This document shows, one piece after another, positions 29,912-39,982 of a stretch of DNA of 64,000 bases. A program made the position numbers and the translations under genes. The stretch is taken from contig CAVOHZ010000003.1 in the NCBI GenBank assembly GCA_963695855.1, positions 96,001-160,000 of the forward strand, in the 5' to 3' direction. Source of the stretch: an uncultured Nitrososphaerales archaeon (GTDB taxonomy: Archaea; Thermoproteota; Nitrososphaeria; Nitrososphaerales; Nitrososphaeraceae). Position 1 is the stretch's first letter. Each line of letters starts with the position of its first letter. The notes beneath the pieces were generated by a model, which worked only from the letters and a program-made list of their open reading frames with translations, ran no database searches and had not been told where the DNA came from.

Positions 29912-31019
29912 ATTCATAATAAATGTGACATTTTTAATTTCTTTTCTTAAAAATGAGGATCTGAGTAAAGATTTTTTGTCACCCGAAATGTTACTGGTTC
30001 TAATTTTTTTATTGATTTTATTTTCAAAATTATTAATCAAATCATGATTTTTGAAAAGTAGATCAATACCTTCTTCTGGATCGGAAAAAGCCATAGGAAT
30101 CCATGGAATTTTATTATTCTTGTAACACAGATTTATGATTTTTTCCATCATCCAGAAAGGATGAGTATAAAAACTAAATGGCACTAAGACGTTAGGATCA
30201 TTATTTGACATAATTATTGATTTTAACATTAAAAATTCTTCATATTGACAGTCATCAACAGTAAATTTCAAGTCGGTAGGCAATAACCTTATAGAAATAC
30301 GCCTATTTCCAATTTTAGAAAAAATCGGATACAGAAGTTTTAGTTTTTTACTAGAGATCAAAGACATTTGAATAAACAATCAATATTTCTGGAATAAAAC
30401 CAAAATTCGATATGGTTTTTATGCAATTCAATGAATAATGATTGTAATATACTGAAAAAATTTTTTTCTTATTATAATTAAATGGAAGTCCGCCTATGCC
30501 ATCAATTAATTTGATAGGTACATAAGAATTTAATTTTCCTATATAGCAATAAATTTTCTTACTATTAATTCCTTCATACTGATTTGGCTTCAAACTCTGG
30601 TATTTTGTTTTATCAATAATCAAACCAGTGACCATAAATTCTACGTCTCGTGAAATGAAATCTGGATTCTCAGATACAACCTTAACCTGAAATCGTTCGT
30701 TGGAGAGTATGATATTTTTAGTTACCGATAATACAAGACCCAATATATTTTTAATACCATTAGAAGTGGAAACAGCTAATCCGATTTTTTTGATGCCTAA
30801 AGATTTAGACAAAAGATTAAAAACATAAAGATAATTTTGAGTACTTAAAACCAAAAAAGAATTCTCTGTTGTGATTTTATAGGATTTTACATTGTTTGAT
30901 TTCAAGGTTTTTATTATAGAAACCTTTATATCTTTAACCAAATGTCGGTGAATTGGAAAAATTATTAATTTAATATCTTTGCTCAATGTCATAATATTAA
31001 CAAATTTTTCTAGGATCAC
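29861..31019 (-). CDS. THUMP-domain (ThiI-like, degenerate) protein, split by one extra base near 30354
   Basis: THUMP-like N-half (ERFQVKV...GIGGLP); two overlapping ORFs fuse as ...VFDLSKKLKLLYPIF if one base is removed; no PP-loop SGGxDS. Confidence 0.55.
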
Positions 31020-31942
31020 AAATTGTCTATAGTTTCTCTAACTTGATTTTTATCACATGCCTCAGGAGATTTCTGCAAATATAAAATCAAGTCCTCTTTT
31101 GCCAGTTTATTTTTATTCTGGTTTAATCGTACAAACGCTCTGTTCTTATAGATTGGGCCATATCTATTAGGATCAATTTCAATAGCAGATGAATAATATT
31201 TTTCTGATTTTTCGTAGTCACGATTTTTAAGGTAATAATTACCTAAACCTCTAAAAGCAAGATAATAACGCGGATTAATAGAAATTGCTTTATTAAAACA
31301 AATTACTGCTTGAAAAATGTTTTTTTCACTATAACAACTTCCAAGAATTGACCACGCATGAGCATTTTCATGTTCATTTGCAAGGGACTTATTTAATTTT
31401 TCAATGGCTGAGTCAATTTTACCGACAAGAAAATCATTTTCAGCTTCAAAGCAGATCATATTTGAGTCTAAACAAGGTAATGTATTTCTTTTAATAATAT
31501 TTTTCATATCGTTTGGTAACAGAACTATAGTTATATTATCTTCTTGTTCCCATTCTGATTCAAATTTTGCTTCGGGAATAAAACCTTCAGTATCAGGCTT
31601 TGGTATATATGTCATAATTCTCTTTTCCTCTTTATCATAACCCGAGATTAACATTGCATGTTGTGCGAGGTCATACAATCCAGGAAAAATTACAATAGGT
31701 GGAATTCCCTGATCTATTCTTTTTTTAATATCTATCAATGATCCCTTATAGATATAATAACAAAAATCATTTTTTTCTGCAATTTTTAAGCTATCATAAA
31801 TCGATAATAGCGACTTAAATCTTGAAGACTCTGTAAGAAAATTTTCTTCTCCCCAATATTTAAGAACTACTGAAATTATCAGCGGTAACTTTTTATCTTC
31901 TTCAATCAAAGGTAAATTTAAATGGTTTGAAACAGATTGCAT
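31016..31942 (-). CDS. Peptidase C39-like domain plus TPR repeats
   Basis: VVLKYWG, IDQGIPPIV, QHAMLISGYD, FESEW; C-terminal TPRs (AWSILG...A...F..AI.INP). Confidence 0.75.
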   Translation of the reverse strand: MQSVSNHLNLPLIEEDKKLPLIISVVLKYWGEENFLTESSRFKSLLSIYDSLKIAEKNDFCYYIYKGSLIDIKKRIDQGIPPIVIFPGLYDLAQHAMLISGYDKEEKRIMTYIPKPDTEGFIPEAKFESEWEQEDNITIVLLPNDMKNIIKRNTLPCLDSNMICFEAENDFLVGKIDSAIEKLNKSLANEHENAHAWSILGSCYSEKNIFQAVICFNKAISINPRYYLAFRGLGNYYLKNRDYEKSEKYYSSAIEIDPNRYGPIYKNRAFVRLNQNKNKLAKEDLILYLQKSPEACDKNQVRETIDNL

Positions 31943-31978
31943 TTAATATAAAATCGTACAAATCAAATAAAAATCATC

Positions 31979-32539
31979 CTATCGTGAAATATTTAGGAAG
32001 GAATTAATTAAATATCCACCAATATTACCACTTTTTTCTGGGTGAAATTGAAATCCGAAAATATTTTTATTCAAATGCTTAAATATTTCAAATTTATTAT
32101 CTGGAGAGCTTGCTAGGCATTCCAATTGTGATGAAATTTTGGATATACAGTATTTGTGACTCTGATAAGCACTAAATGAATAATTTGTAGGCAAAGATAA
32201 AAAATCTTTCAAAATTGTTATTTTTTTAAAACCTTGTATTACTTGATCCATTCTGTATAATGAACCTCCGAAATAAAGATTTATCATCTCCGCGCCATAA
32301 CAGATGCCTAGAAGTGGAATATCTGTTTGATAACAATATCTTATTATTCTGGTATTGACCATATTTGTTTCTTTATTAATTTTCTTCCTTCCAGATAAAA
32401 TGATGGAATCATAATCATCCAATCTGTCAATGTTTACTTGTGAATACAATTTACAAAAAAAAATTTTATTAAATCTTACAACATGAAAAAGGATATCCCT
32501 AGTAAAAGGTGAGGTGTTATCTACTATCAATGTGTTCAT
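31979..32539 (-). CDS. Class I glutamine amidotransferase (GMP synthase subunit A-like)
   Basis: Start MNTLIVDN; IILSG, PLLGICYG, QFHPE triad. Confidence 0.85.
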   Translation of the reverse strand: MNTLIVDNTSPFTRDILFHVVRFNKIFFCKLYSQVNIDRLDDYDSIILSGRKKINKETNMVNTRIIRYCYQTDIPLLGICYGAEMINLYFGGSLYRMDQVIQGFKKITILKDFLSLPTNYSFSAYQSHKYCISKISSQLECLASSPDNKFEIFKHLNKNIFGFQFHPEKSGNIGGYLINSFLNISR

Positions 32540-33107
32540 TAGTAAGCAAAATGATGGTACATTATTTTTAGCTTTACATGTTTTAATATGTTTCTTAAAT
32601 TTGTAATATTGCGTCAAATTTGCATCGATTATCCAACAAGTTCTCTAACATGTTCCATTATTTAATAGATAACAAGAATAATGAAGTATTGATAATCTCA
32701 TAATTTTGGCTTAATAAAAATAAAGGTTACCTCTTAGAAATGTTTACTTATGAACAATATTTTTTCACCAATTACACAACTAATATAATCTTCATTTTTT
32801 TGGTATTTTGTGAATAATTTTCTAAATATAGTACACTTAGAATTTTTTCGATCATTATCACTACCAAATTCTCAATATATGTAACGTTACAGAGAGTAAT
32901 ACTTGTTTCGTTGTCTCTCCAGTATGTTCATGCTTTTATGTAAATTTTGAAATTGATTAATTGCGTTTGGACCGTTATATTAGTACTTGGTGTAAATAAA
33001 CAACTATAAATGTAAACCAAGTAATGTCTCTTCAAACAATCATGTTGTTTTTGTTTAAAATATAATTTTAATACCACTAAATTAATAGTAATATACTGTA
33101 ATATTCA

Positions 33108-34253
33108 TTATAGTACATCAGCTAAACTTTTTGACACTAAATAAATAGCTACTGGATAAGGAACTGTCGTTGAGGAATTATCAAAATGATATTTTTTTTG
33201 TTTGAAAATTAATTTTAACTTTGTTTTAACATTTATGTCTATATTTTCATTTTCTTGAAAAAGAGACGCATCTGAAAAAGGATCGAAAGTATCTAGGTTC
33301 TTGCACTTGACTTTTGAAAGACCACTTTTACTATTAATTGATCCGGCCATTCTAAATATTCTATGAATATCCATGGTAACATAAGGATCTATTTTAACTC
33401 CGATTGTTTTCGTAATATTTTCAACCTCTTTCTTAAATTCATCATATCCACCAATTTTCTTTATGTATTTTGATAACTTATCGTTAGAAACACTCGACAG
33501 ATTTAATTTGTTAATTATTTTTTTTCGCCAACCATATGAGAACCCACTTTGAGGTAGTTTCACAGTCAAGTTATCTTTGATATTTCGCGCACCAAGACTA
33601 CCCAAAGAAATATTCTTGCCCATCAAATAACCCGCAAGATCACTTCTAGCTTTTGAATCCAAAGTAAAATATTTTTGATCTATTGCAGTAATATGAAATC
33701 CTGTATTTCCAGAAAAATAAATAAAGATATATTTACTATCTATTCCAAAATCTTCAGTAAGAAATGAAATTAATTTTTTAGTTTCTTTTTTGAGAATATT
33801 TATACAAGTATGACATGGAATAACAATAGAATGTATCTTAGTACTTTTACATAGATCACAAATTTTCATCAATTTTTGACTAACAATTCCGCATTCTTTG
33901 CAAATAAAGTATGTATGTTGCATCAGACATGGTGAGGCCAGATCTTTCAAATCTATATCAAAAATAAGATCAGCTCCGATCCATCTTTTTTCGTTCATTG
34001 GAAATGTCGGAAATTCGTAATATGAATTGGAATAATATATATCTGATGGAACATTTTGTAAAAGATATGCATTTAATTGACCCATATCGTCAAATGAAAT
34101 ATGTCTTATCATATCGGATTCAAAATTCATGAATCCAAATTCTCGTTGTGAAATATTATGGGGACATTCCAAAATGTCTGTATTTTTAAAATAATATTCC
34201 TTGAAGGATTTTTGTAGAAAGTGCAGATTTTTATTATTTGGTTTAATATTCAT
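33108..34253 (-). CDS. priS: DNA primase small (catalytic) subunit
   Basis: REFGF, DLIFDID, FSGNTGFH, IDPYVTMDIHRIFRM. Confidence 0.93.
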   Translation of the reverse strand: MNIKPNNKNLHFLQKSFKEYYFKNTDILECPHNISQREFGFMNFESDMIRHISFDDMGQLNAYLLQNVPSDIYYSNSYYEFPTFPMNEKRWIGADLIFDIDLKDLASPCLMQHTYFICKECGIVSQKLMKICDLCKSTKIHSIVIPCHTCINILKKETKKLISFLTEDFGIDSKYIFIYFSGNTGFHITAIDQKYFTLDSKARSDLAGYLMGKNISLGSLGARNIKDNLTVKLPQSGFSYGWRKKIINKLNLSSVSNDKLSKYIKKIGGYDEFKKEVENITKTIGVKIDPYVTMDIHRIFRMAGSINSKSGLSKVKCKNLDTFDPFSDASLFQENENIDINVKTKLKLIFKQKKYHFDNSSTTVPYPVAIYLVSKSLADVL

Positions 34254-34255
34254 TT

Positions 34256-35275
34256 TTATTTTTGTAATTTGTTTCTGCCAAATTGTAGGGGATTATTTAT
34301 TCCTTTACATTCATGAGTATAAAAACATAAATTTTCATTAGCAAGTTTGGAGCAGGAAGGCACTGAATATTTTGTTAAGCTGCCTCTTTGACCAGAGAGG
34401 TGTTCTACTTGATATCTGGTTATCCGTTCATTAAAATCAGGAGCATTCTTGAATAAATCGATAACTTCTTCGCTACCTTTTCCGCAAGTTAGCATATAAG
34501 TTGCTAAAAGAAATCTGGCAGAATGTGGTAAATTTTCATTTTTATTTAGCAAGTCAAGTGCATGATTAATACAAGGAGGATATCTTAAAGTTTTAGTCTG
34601 GAATTTCACTGGAAGAACTACTTTGTTTTTAATTGAATGTGCGTACAAATTTATCGTATCAGGAAATTTTTCTATTTCCATTGCTTTTATTTTATTGTAT
34701 ATCAGTATAGATAGCTCATTTCTAATAAGTCGAACAGTCTCTTCAACATCCAGGTACACCAGTCCTCCATTAACGGAGCGATTAATTAATTTCCATTCTT
34801 GTTCGTGAAATGAAGTTGATCTAACAAGATAATCTGAAATTCTCATTTTGAAAAGATTTGGAGTAAACTCGTGCAAAACTATTTTAAGATCAAAAAGTTC
34901 ATCAAAAATTTTCGAGATCAAGAGTTTTTTCTTTTTTACATCTTTTTCATGACGTAAGTCATCTATTAGAAACGATTCCACCCTCATTGCCTCTAGGAGA
35001 CAATATTTTTTTGTAACAGATTCAATATTGATACATTTTATCATTATTAATGAGATAAGAAATGTAAAGAGGTCAATATCGTATTTTTCTAATTCTAGAA
35101 AGACATTTCCAGTCAGTATTTCATACTCTATTCTGGTTTTAGCTTTTTCCAAAATATGATTGAATTCAGGTCTAGCAAACTCCTCTATACTAAAATGAGT
35201 TTCTTTCACATACATACCTGCTTCCTTTAAAAAGGGATACTTTGCTAGATCATCCTTTCCCAATACAATGCTCAA
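34256..35275 (-). CDS. priL: DNA primase large subunit
   Basis: AKYPFL, YPPCI, LPHSARF, YSVPSC...C...C...NPL Fe-S domain. Confidence 0.93.
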   Translation of the reverse strand: MSIVLGKDDLAKYPFLKEAGMYVKETHFSIEEFARPEFNHILEKAKTRIEYEILTGNVFLELEKYDIDLFTFLISLIMIKCINIESVTKKYCLLEAMRVESFLIDDLRHEKDVKKKKLLISKIFDELFDLKIVLHEFTPNLFKMRISDYLVRSTSFHEQEWKLINRSVNGGLVYLDVEETVRLIRNELSILIYNKIKAMEIEKFPDTINLYAHSIKNKVVLPVKFQTKTLRYPPCINHALDLLNKNENLPHSARFLLATYMLTCGKGSEEVIDLFKNAPDFNERITRYQVEHLSGQRGSLTKYSVPSCSKLANENLCFYTHECKGINNPLQFGRNKLQK

Positions 35276-35350
35276 TATATTATTAATAAATAAAGACCGA
35301 AATAAAAAACTACGTAACGATATTATCTACCGTACCAGCTCATTATCATT

Positions 35351-36229
35351 ATGAAAAATTTTGGCTTAAAAATTGGTTTTCATGTTTCTATATCAGGATC
35401 AATTATCAACGCTATTATAAATGCTGAAGATCTTAATTGCACTGCTTTCCAAATATTTAGTAGAAATCCCCGTGGCTGGAATGCAAAACCATTAGGAAGA
35501 GAAGACATCCAATCTTTTAAAAAAATGATTGATGAAAGCTATATTGATAAAAGATTTATTATCGTTCATATGCCTTATCTTCCCAATTTAGCGTCTCCTG
35601 ATGGAGAATCATATTATAAATCCAAAAGTACACTCTACGAGGAGATAACTAGATGTAGTTTACTAGGAATTTCTAGCATCGTTCTGCATCTTGGGAGTCA
35701 TTTGGGTAGTGGTAAACAAAATGGTATTAACCAAATTATCAACGCATGTAATTTTGCCATAGATACATTTAAATCCAATTATAAAAGACATGTTGCTCTA
35801 AATATTATATTTGAGAATAGTTCGGGTCAAAAAAATAGCATAGGTAGTAAATTTGAGGAAATTAGAATTTTGTTAGATCAGTTAAATGATAAGAAATATG
35901 CTGTTTGCTTGGATACCTGTCACGCATTTGCAGCAGGATATGATTTAAGAACTGCAGAGGAAGTAAGCAAAGTCTTCAAAAAATTCGATGATATTATTGG
36001 AATAAGAAACCTTAAAGTATTGCATTTAAATGATTCTAAAGGTCAGCTCAATGAAAACAAAGACAGACATGAACATATTGGACTTGGTTCAATAGGAAAA
36101 CAAGGAATGAAGGAAATATTAAAAATTAAATATCTTAGGCAAATCCCCATTATTATGGAAACTCCAGTTGATGATATAAGGGGGAACAAAGATAATATGA
36201 AAGCTGTCGTTGAACTGTTTAATAATTGA
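35351..36229 (+). CDS. nfo: Endonuclease IV
   Basis: GFHVS, HMPYLPNL, HLGSH, CLDTCH, HLNDS, DRHEHIG, METP. Confidence 0.95.
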   Translation: MKNFGLKIGFHVSISGSIINAIINAEDLNCTAFQIFSRNPRGWNAKPLGREDIQSFKKMIDESYIDKRFIIVHMPYLPNLASPDGESYYKSKSTLYEEITRCSLLGISSIVLHLGSHLGSGKQNGINQIINACNFAIDTFKSNYKRHVALNIIFENSSGQKNSIGSKFEEIRILLDQLNDKKYAVCLDTCHAFAAGYDLRTAEEVSKVFKKFDDIIGIRNLKVLHLNDSKGQLNENKDRHEHIGLGSIGKQGMKEILKIKYLRQIPIIMETPVDDIRGNKDNMKAVVELFNN

Positions 36230-36294
36230 TAGAAAATTGGAAAATTTGATTATTCAACAGGAGATAAGAAAATTATATTGAGGATGAAGAATTA

Positions 36295-37752
36295 ATGACA
36301 AATTATGATACAATTATGAAGCTGTCGCTTGAGAGAGGTTTTTACTTTCCAAGTTCAGAAATTTATTCTGACGCGCCAGCAGGATTTTGGGATTACGGAC
36401 CAAATGGAGTAAATTTAAAAAATAAATTCATAGAATTATGGAGAAGGGAATTGATTAGAAGGGACGGTATGGTGGAAATTGATGGCTCTCAAATTATGAG
36501 TAAGAGTGTATTCAAGGCTTCTGGACATATTGATAATTTTTCAGATCCAGTAATAAAATGCATAAAATCTAACCACACCCTACGAGCAGACAAGTTTATA
36601 AACGAAAAAATCGATTTAAATATTCCTGAAGGATTAAAAAATGAAGAGATTGACACGATAATATTAAAAAATCAATTATTGTGTCCCAGTTGTAAATCAA
36701 AATTTAAAAGTACAGAAAGATTTAACATGATGTTTAAAGTAGAAATAGGTCCAAATAAAGACGAAGCATATCTTAGACCAGAAACATGTCAGACCATTTT
36801 TGTTGATTTTTCACGAATATTCAAAGTTATGCGAGGCAGATTCCCATTTGCAGTTGGACAAATAGGAAAGAGTTTTAGAAATGAAATAGCACCAAGACAA
36901 AGTCTTTTAAGACTAAGAGAGTTTTATCAAGCTGAAATAGAGATATTTTGTAATCCAAATAAATTAAATAGTTTATCAAAATTTGAAGAAATTAAAGACA
37001 CAAATTTAAGAATTCAAATAGATTCAGAAATTAATGAAATAACCACAGAAGAGGCTTGGAAGAAAAAAATAATACCTAATAAATTAATTGGATATTATCT
37101 ATCCCTGTTAGCCCTATTTTATGAAAAAACAGGAATAGATATGAAAAAAACACGATTCAGAAAGTTAGCTGAAGATGAAAAAGCATTTTATGCAAATATT
37201 GCTTTTGATTTTGAGGTTGGAACAAGTTTGGGTTGGTTAGAACTGGTTGCATGTAACTATCGTTCGGATTATGATTTGAAACAACATTCATCATTGAGTA
37301 AGGAGAAGATGGAGGTTATAGACCCTGACACTCAGGAAAAAATTCTTCCTCATGTATTTGAATTATCATTAGGAATAGATCGAAGTGTATATACAATTTT
37401 GGAACATTCTTTTTTTCAAGATACAGATAATAAAAGAACGGTATTAAGATTAAATCCTCACCTAGCTCCAATTAGTATTGGAATTCTTCCTTTGATGAGG
37501 AATGAAGATATAGAAAATATATCAAGACGTATTCACCATAATTTGAGAAGAAATTACGACACCTTTTATGATGCTTCTGGTTCGATAGGAAGAAGATATA
37601 GAAGATTAGAAGAAATAGGTGTACCATATGCAATTACTATTGATCATACTAGTAAAACTGACAATACTGTCACAATAAGGTATAGGGACACAATGGAACA
37701 AACAAGAATCAAAATAGATGAAATTAATGATTTTTTCGCTAAATCAATTTAA
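36295..37752 (+). CDS. glyS: Glycine--tRNA ligase (archaeal/eukaryotic type)
   Basis: YLRPETCQ, GKSFRNEI, RLREFYQAEIE, SGSIGRRY anticodon domain. Confidence 0.96.
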   Translation: MTNYDTIMKLSLERGFYFPSSEIYSDAPAGFWDYGPNGVNLKNKFIELWRRELIRRDGMVEIDGSQIMSKSVFKASGHIDNFSDPVIKCIKSNHTLRADKFINEKIDLNIPEGLKNEEIDTIILKNQLLCPSCKSKFKSTERFNMMFKVEIGPNKDEAYLRPETCQTIFVDFSRIFKVMRGRFPFAVGQIGKSFRNEIAPRQSLLRLREFYQAEIEIFCNPNKLNSLSKFEEIKDTNLRIQIDSEINEITTEEAWKKKIIPNKLIGYYLSLLALFYEKTGIDMKKTRFRKLAEDEKAFYANIAFDFEVGTSLGWLELVACNYRSDYDLKQHSSLSKEKMEVIDPDTQEKILPHVFELSLGIDRSVYTILEHSFFQDTDNKRTVLRLNPHLAPISIGILPLMRNEDIENISRRIHHNLRRNYDTFYDASGSIGRRYRRLEEIGVPYAITIDHTSKTDNTVTIRYRDTMEQTRIKIDEINDFFAKSI

Positions 37753-37789
37753 GTAACACTCCTAATATCACCTTCTAGAAAGACAAGAT

Positions 37790-38206
37790 ATGAAATTAGA
37801 TAAAGGAAGAGTAATTAACAATCGCAAGAAAGACGTTGAAAGAGATAAACTTGCTTTCGAGAAATGGATTATCATGGTAAAAGATTATGAAAATCACGAA
37901 GAAAAAGATCCGAAAATTTTTATAAGGCAATTTATGGCAGAGGGATATTATGACGCATATGACATAGCAAGATCGTATGCAGAAAGGTCAAACCTGGAGA
38001 TAGTATGGTTTAAAGAAAAAAGGCTATGTCCTGAATATTATTCAAAGTATTTTCCTTGGCTAGAATTTTTTTGTACTTACTGCAATAGAAAATTTAATGA
38101 TAAAGACCCTTTAGTTTGTAACATAAAACTATGTCAAGCAATATTATGTTCTAGGAATTGTATTAACAATCATATCCAATTAAGACATAAAGAATTTAAA
38201 GGCTAA
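37790..38206 (+). CDS. Hypothetical protein with a C-terminal zinc-finger-like Cys/His cluster
   Basis: CTYC...C....C....CSRNC...H....H. Confidence 0.7.
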   Translation: MKLDKGRVINNRKKDVERDKLAFEKWIIMVKDYENHEEKDPKIFIRQFMAEGYYDAYDIARSYAERSNLEIVWFKEKRLCPEYYSKYFPWLEFFCTYCNRKFNDKDPLVCNIKLCQAILCSRNCINNHIQLRHKEFKG

Positions 38207-38250
38207 TTTAGTTGGGAAGGGGTGATACTAAAACTATAAAAAGAAGTAGA

Positions 38251-38850
38251 TCAGACTTTTATCAGTTCAGCATCAAAAAGCTGTTCTAGCAACTGTAATA
38301 TTTCTTGTTCGATTTGTTGTCTTGGTAGTCCTAGTTTTTCTGAGAAGTGATCTGCTAATTGAGTGATGGTTTTTGTACTATCGCAAGAATCCCAAAATTT
38401 TACTATTGCATCATTTACCATGAAACTCTTCTTGTCATTGTTTATTAAGATGAAAGAACCGTCTTCAGCTTTGGTAAACGAACCTTGTTTTTGTGGCTTC
38501 GCTGTTTCATAGTCAATCTGAAATCGAAGTTTTGGTTTACCAAAACCTAATCGTTCCCTTGCCTGAGGATCCATTTTTTCGATAGTCCATGGAGGATCCC
38601 ATACTATATCCACATTTATATCGCCAATACCATCTATTTTTTCCAAGTTTCGTTTTACATCACTCACCAAAGTATTGTGAAGAGGACAGCCTCTTGTTGT
38701 CATTGTCATTGTAATCTCAACATGATTTTTCTCATTCACGGTTACCCCATATATCAATCCTAGGTCTACTATATTCACTGGTATTTCTGGATCCATGCAT
38801 TTCTTTAACTGACTATAAACCTGATCTTTAGTAACAATTTGAGATGACAT
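38251..38850 (-). CDS. DUF59/SufT (MIP18-like) Fe-S assembly domain fused to a PqqD/RRE-like winged helix
   Basis: DPEIPVNIVDLGLIY, TTRGCP, WDPPWT; C-terminal VNDAIVKFWDSCDSTKTITQLA...ILQLLEQLFDAELI. Confidence 0.85.
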   Translation of the reverse strand: MSSQIVTKDQVYSQLKKCMDPEIPVNIVDLGLIYGVTVNEKNHVEITMTMTTRGCPLHNTLVSDVKRNLEKIDGIGDINVDIVWDPPWTIEKMDPQARERLGFGKPKLRFQIDYETAKPQKQGSFTKAEDGSFILINNDKKSFMVNDAIVKFWDSCDSTKTITQLADHFSEKLGLPRQQIEQEILQLLEQLFDAELIKV

Positions 38851-38898
38851 CTATAAAAAATTATAGAGAAAGACGATAAAAATGTTATTGCATTTAAT

Positions 38899-39954
38899 TT
38901 ATTTTGTGTTCATCATAATTTTTATATTGCTTTTATATGGAGGAAAAATGATGCCTTTTTCCGTTATTATGGATGTGATAAGATCCGGAGGAGTAATATC
39001 AAACGCAGGATTTATTACTTTTATATTAGTAGGTGCAATATTTTTTTTCCCTATCTTTGTAACTTCTTCCTTAGGACGTTCTTCTATCACAATATCGTCA
39101 ATATCATTCTTTAAATCAAAGCTAGATAATGGAGCAGCAACGTAAAATGGTATATTATGGTTTTTAGCCAAAACAGCTATTTGGTAAGTTCCAATTTTAT
39201 TAAATACATGACCCGTATGCAAAATTCTGTCTGCACCAACTATAACATGTTTAATCCCGCCTTTTGTCATAAGATATCCAACTGCTGTGTCAGGAATGAT
39301 GCTAACATCAATATTGTCGTATTGTAATTCAAATGCCGTTAATCGAGAGCCTTGCATAACAGGTCTTGTTTCAGTAGCTATAACACGAATCTCTTTTCCA
39401 GATTCTTTAGCAGATCTTATTACACCTAATGCTGTTCCATATGCCACAGTAGCTAAAGACCCTGCATTACAATGCGTCATTATGGTGTCTCCATCTGAAA
39501 AAAGAATTTCGCCTATACTGCCCATTGATCGGTTAATGAAAATATCCTCTTCTGCCATTTGAATTGCTTCGTCTAACATGATCTGCCTCACTTTAGAAAC
39601 GCTCTGAATATTTTGTATCTTTCGCATTAAACGATCTAGACCCCATTGAAGATTAATTGCAGTAGGCCTAGTTGATCTAATTACGTTATAGGCTTTGTTT
39701 AAATCTTTTAGTAACGACCCAATATTGCGCGAATTGCTTCTTCTGGCTGCAAGTACTAATCCAAAAGCTGCAGCTACTCCTATGGCAGGTGCTCCTCTAA
39801 CTATCATTTGTTTAATTGCTGCAGCAACATCTTGGTAGGTTTTACAATATACATATGATAACTTTCTAGGTAATTTTGTTTGATCAATTAATATTAGTGA
39901 ATCGTCCTTCCATTGAACTGTAAGAAGCATATTATTACCCTTCATTTTAGACAA
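38899..39954 (-). CDS. mtnA: S-methyl-5-thioribose-1-phosphate isomerase
   Basis: MIVRGAPAIG, RPTAINL, THCNAGSLAT, ETRPVMQGSRLT, NKIGTY, NPAFDITP. Confidence 0.92.
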   Translation of the reverse strand: MSKMKGNNMLLTVQWKDDSLILIDQTKLPRKLSYVYCKTYQDVAAAIKQMIVRGAPAIGVAAAFGLVLAARRSNSRNIGSLLKDLNKAYNVIRSTRPTAINLQWGLDRLMRKIQNIQSVSKVRQIMLDEAIQMAEEDIFINRSMGSIGEILFSDGDTIMTHCNAGSLATVAYGTALGVIRSAKESGKEIRVIATETRPVMQGSRLTAFELQYDNIDVSIIPDTAVGYLMTKGGIKHVIVGADRILHTGHVFNKIGTYQIAVLAKNHNIPFYVAAPLSSFDLKNDIDDIVIEERPKEEVTKIGKKNIAPTNIKVINPAFDITPPDLITSIITEKGIIFPPYKSNIKIMMNTK

Positions 39955-39982
39955 GATGTGATAAGTAGAGATTTCACTTATA

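Noticed and set aside
32540-33107. About 570-bp AT-rich gap as an ncRNA or replication origin
   Set aside because: No ORB repeats, no adjacent cdc6/orc1, no GC-rich structured segment and no credible ORF
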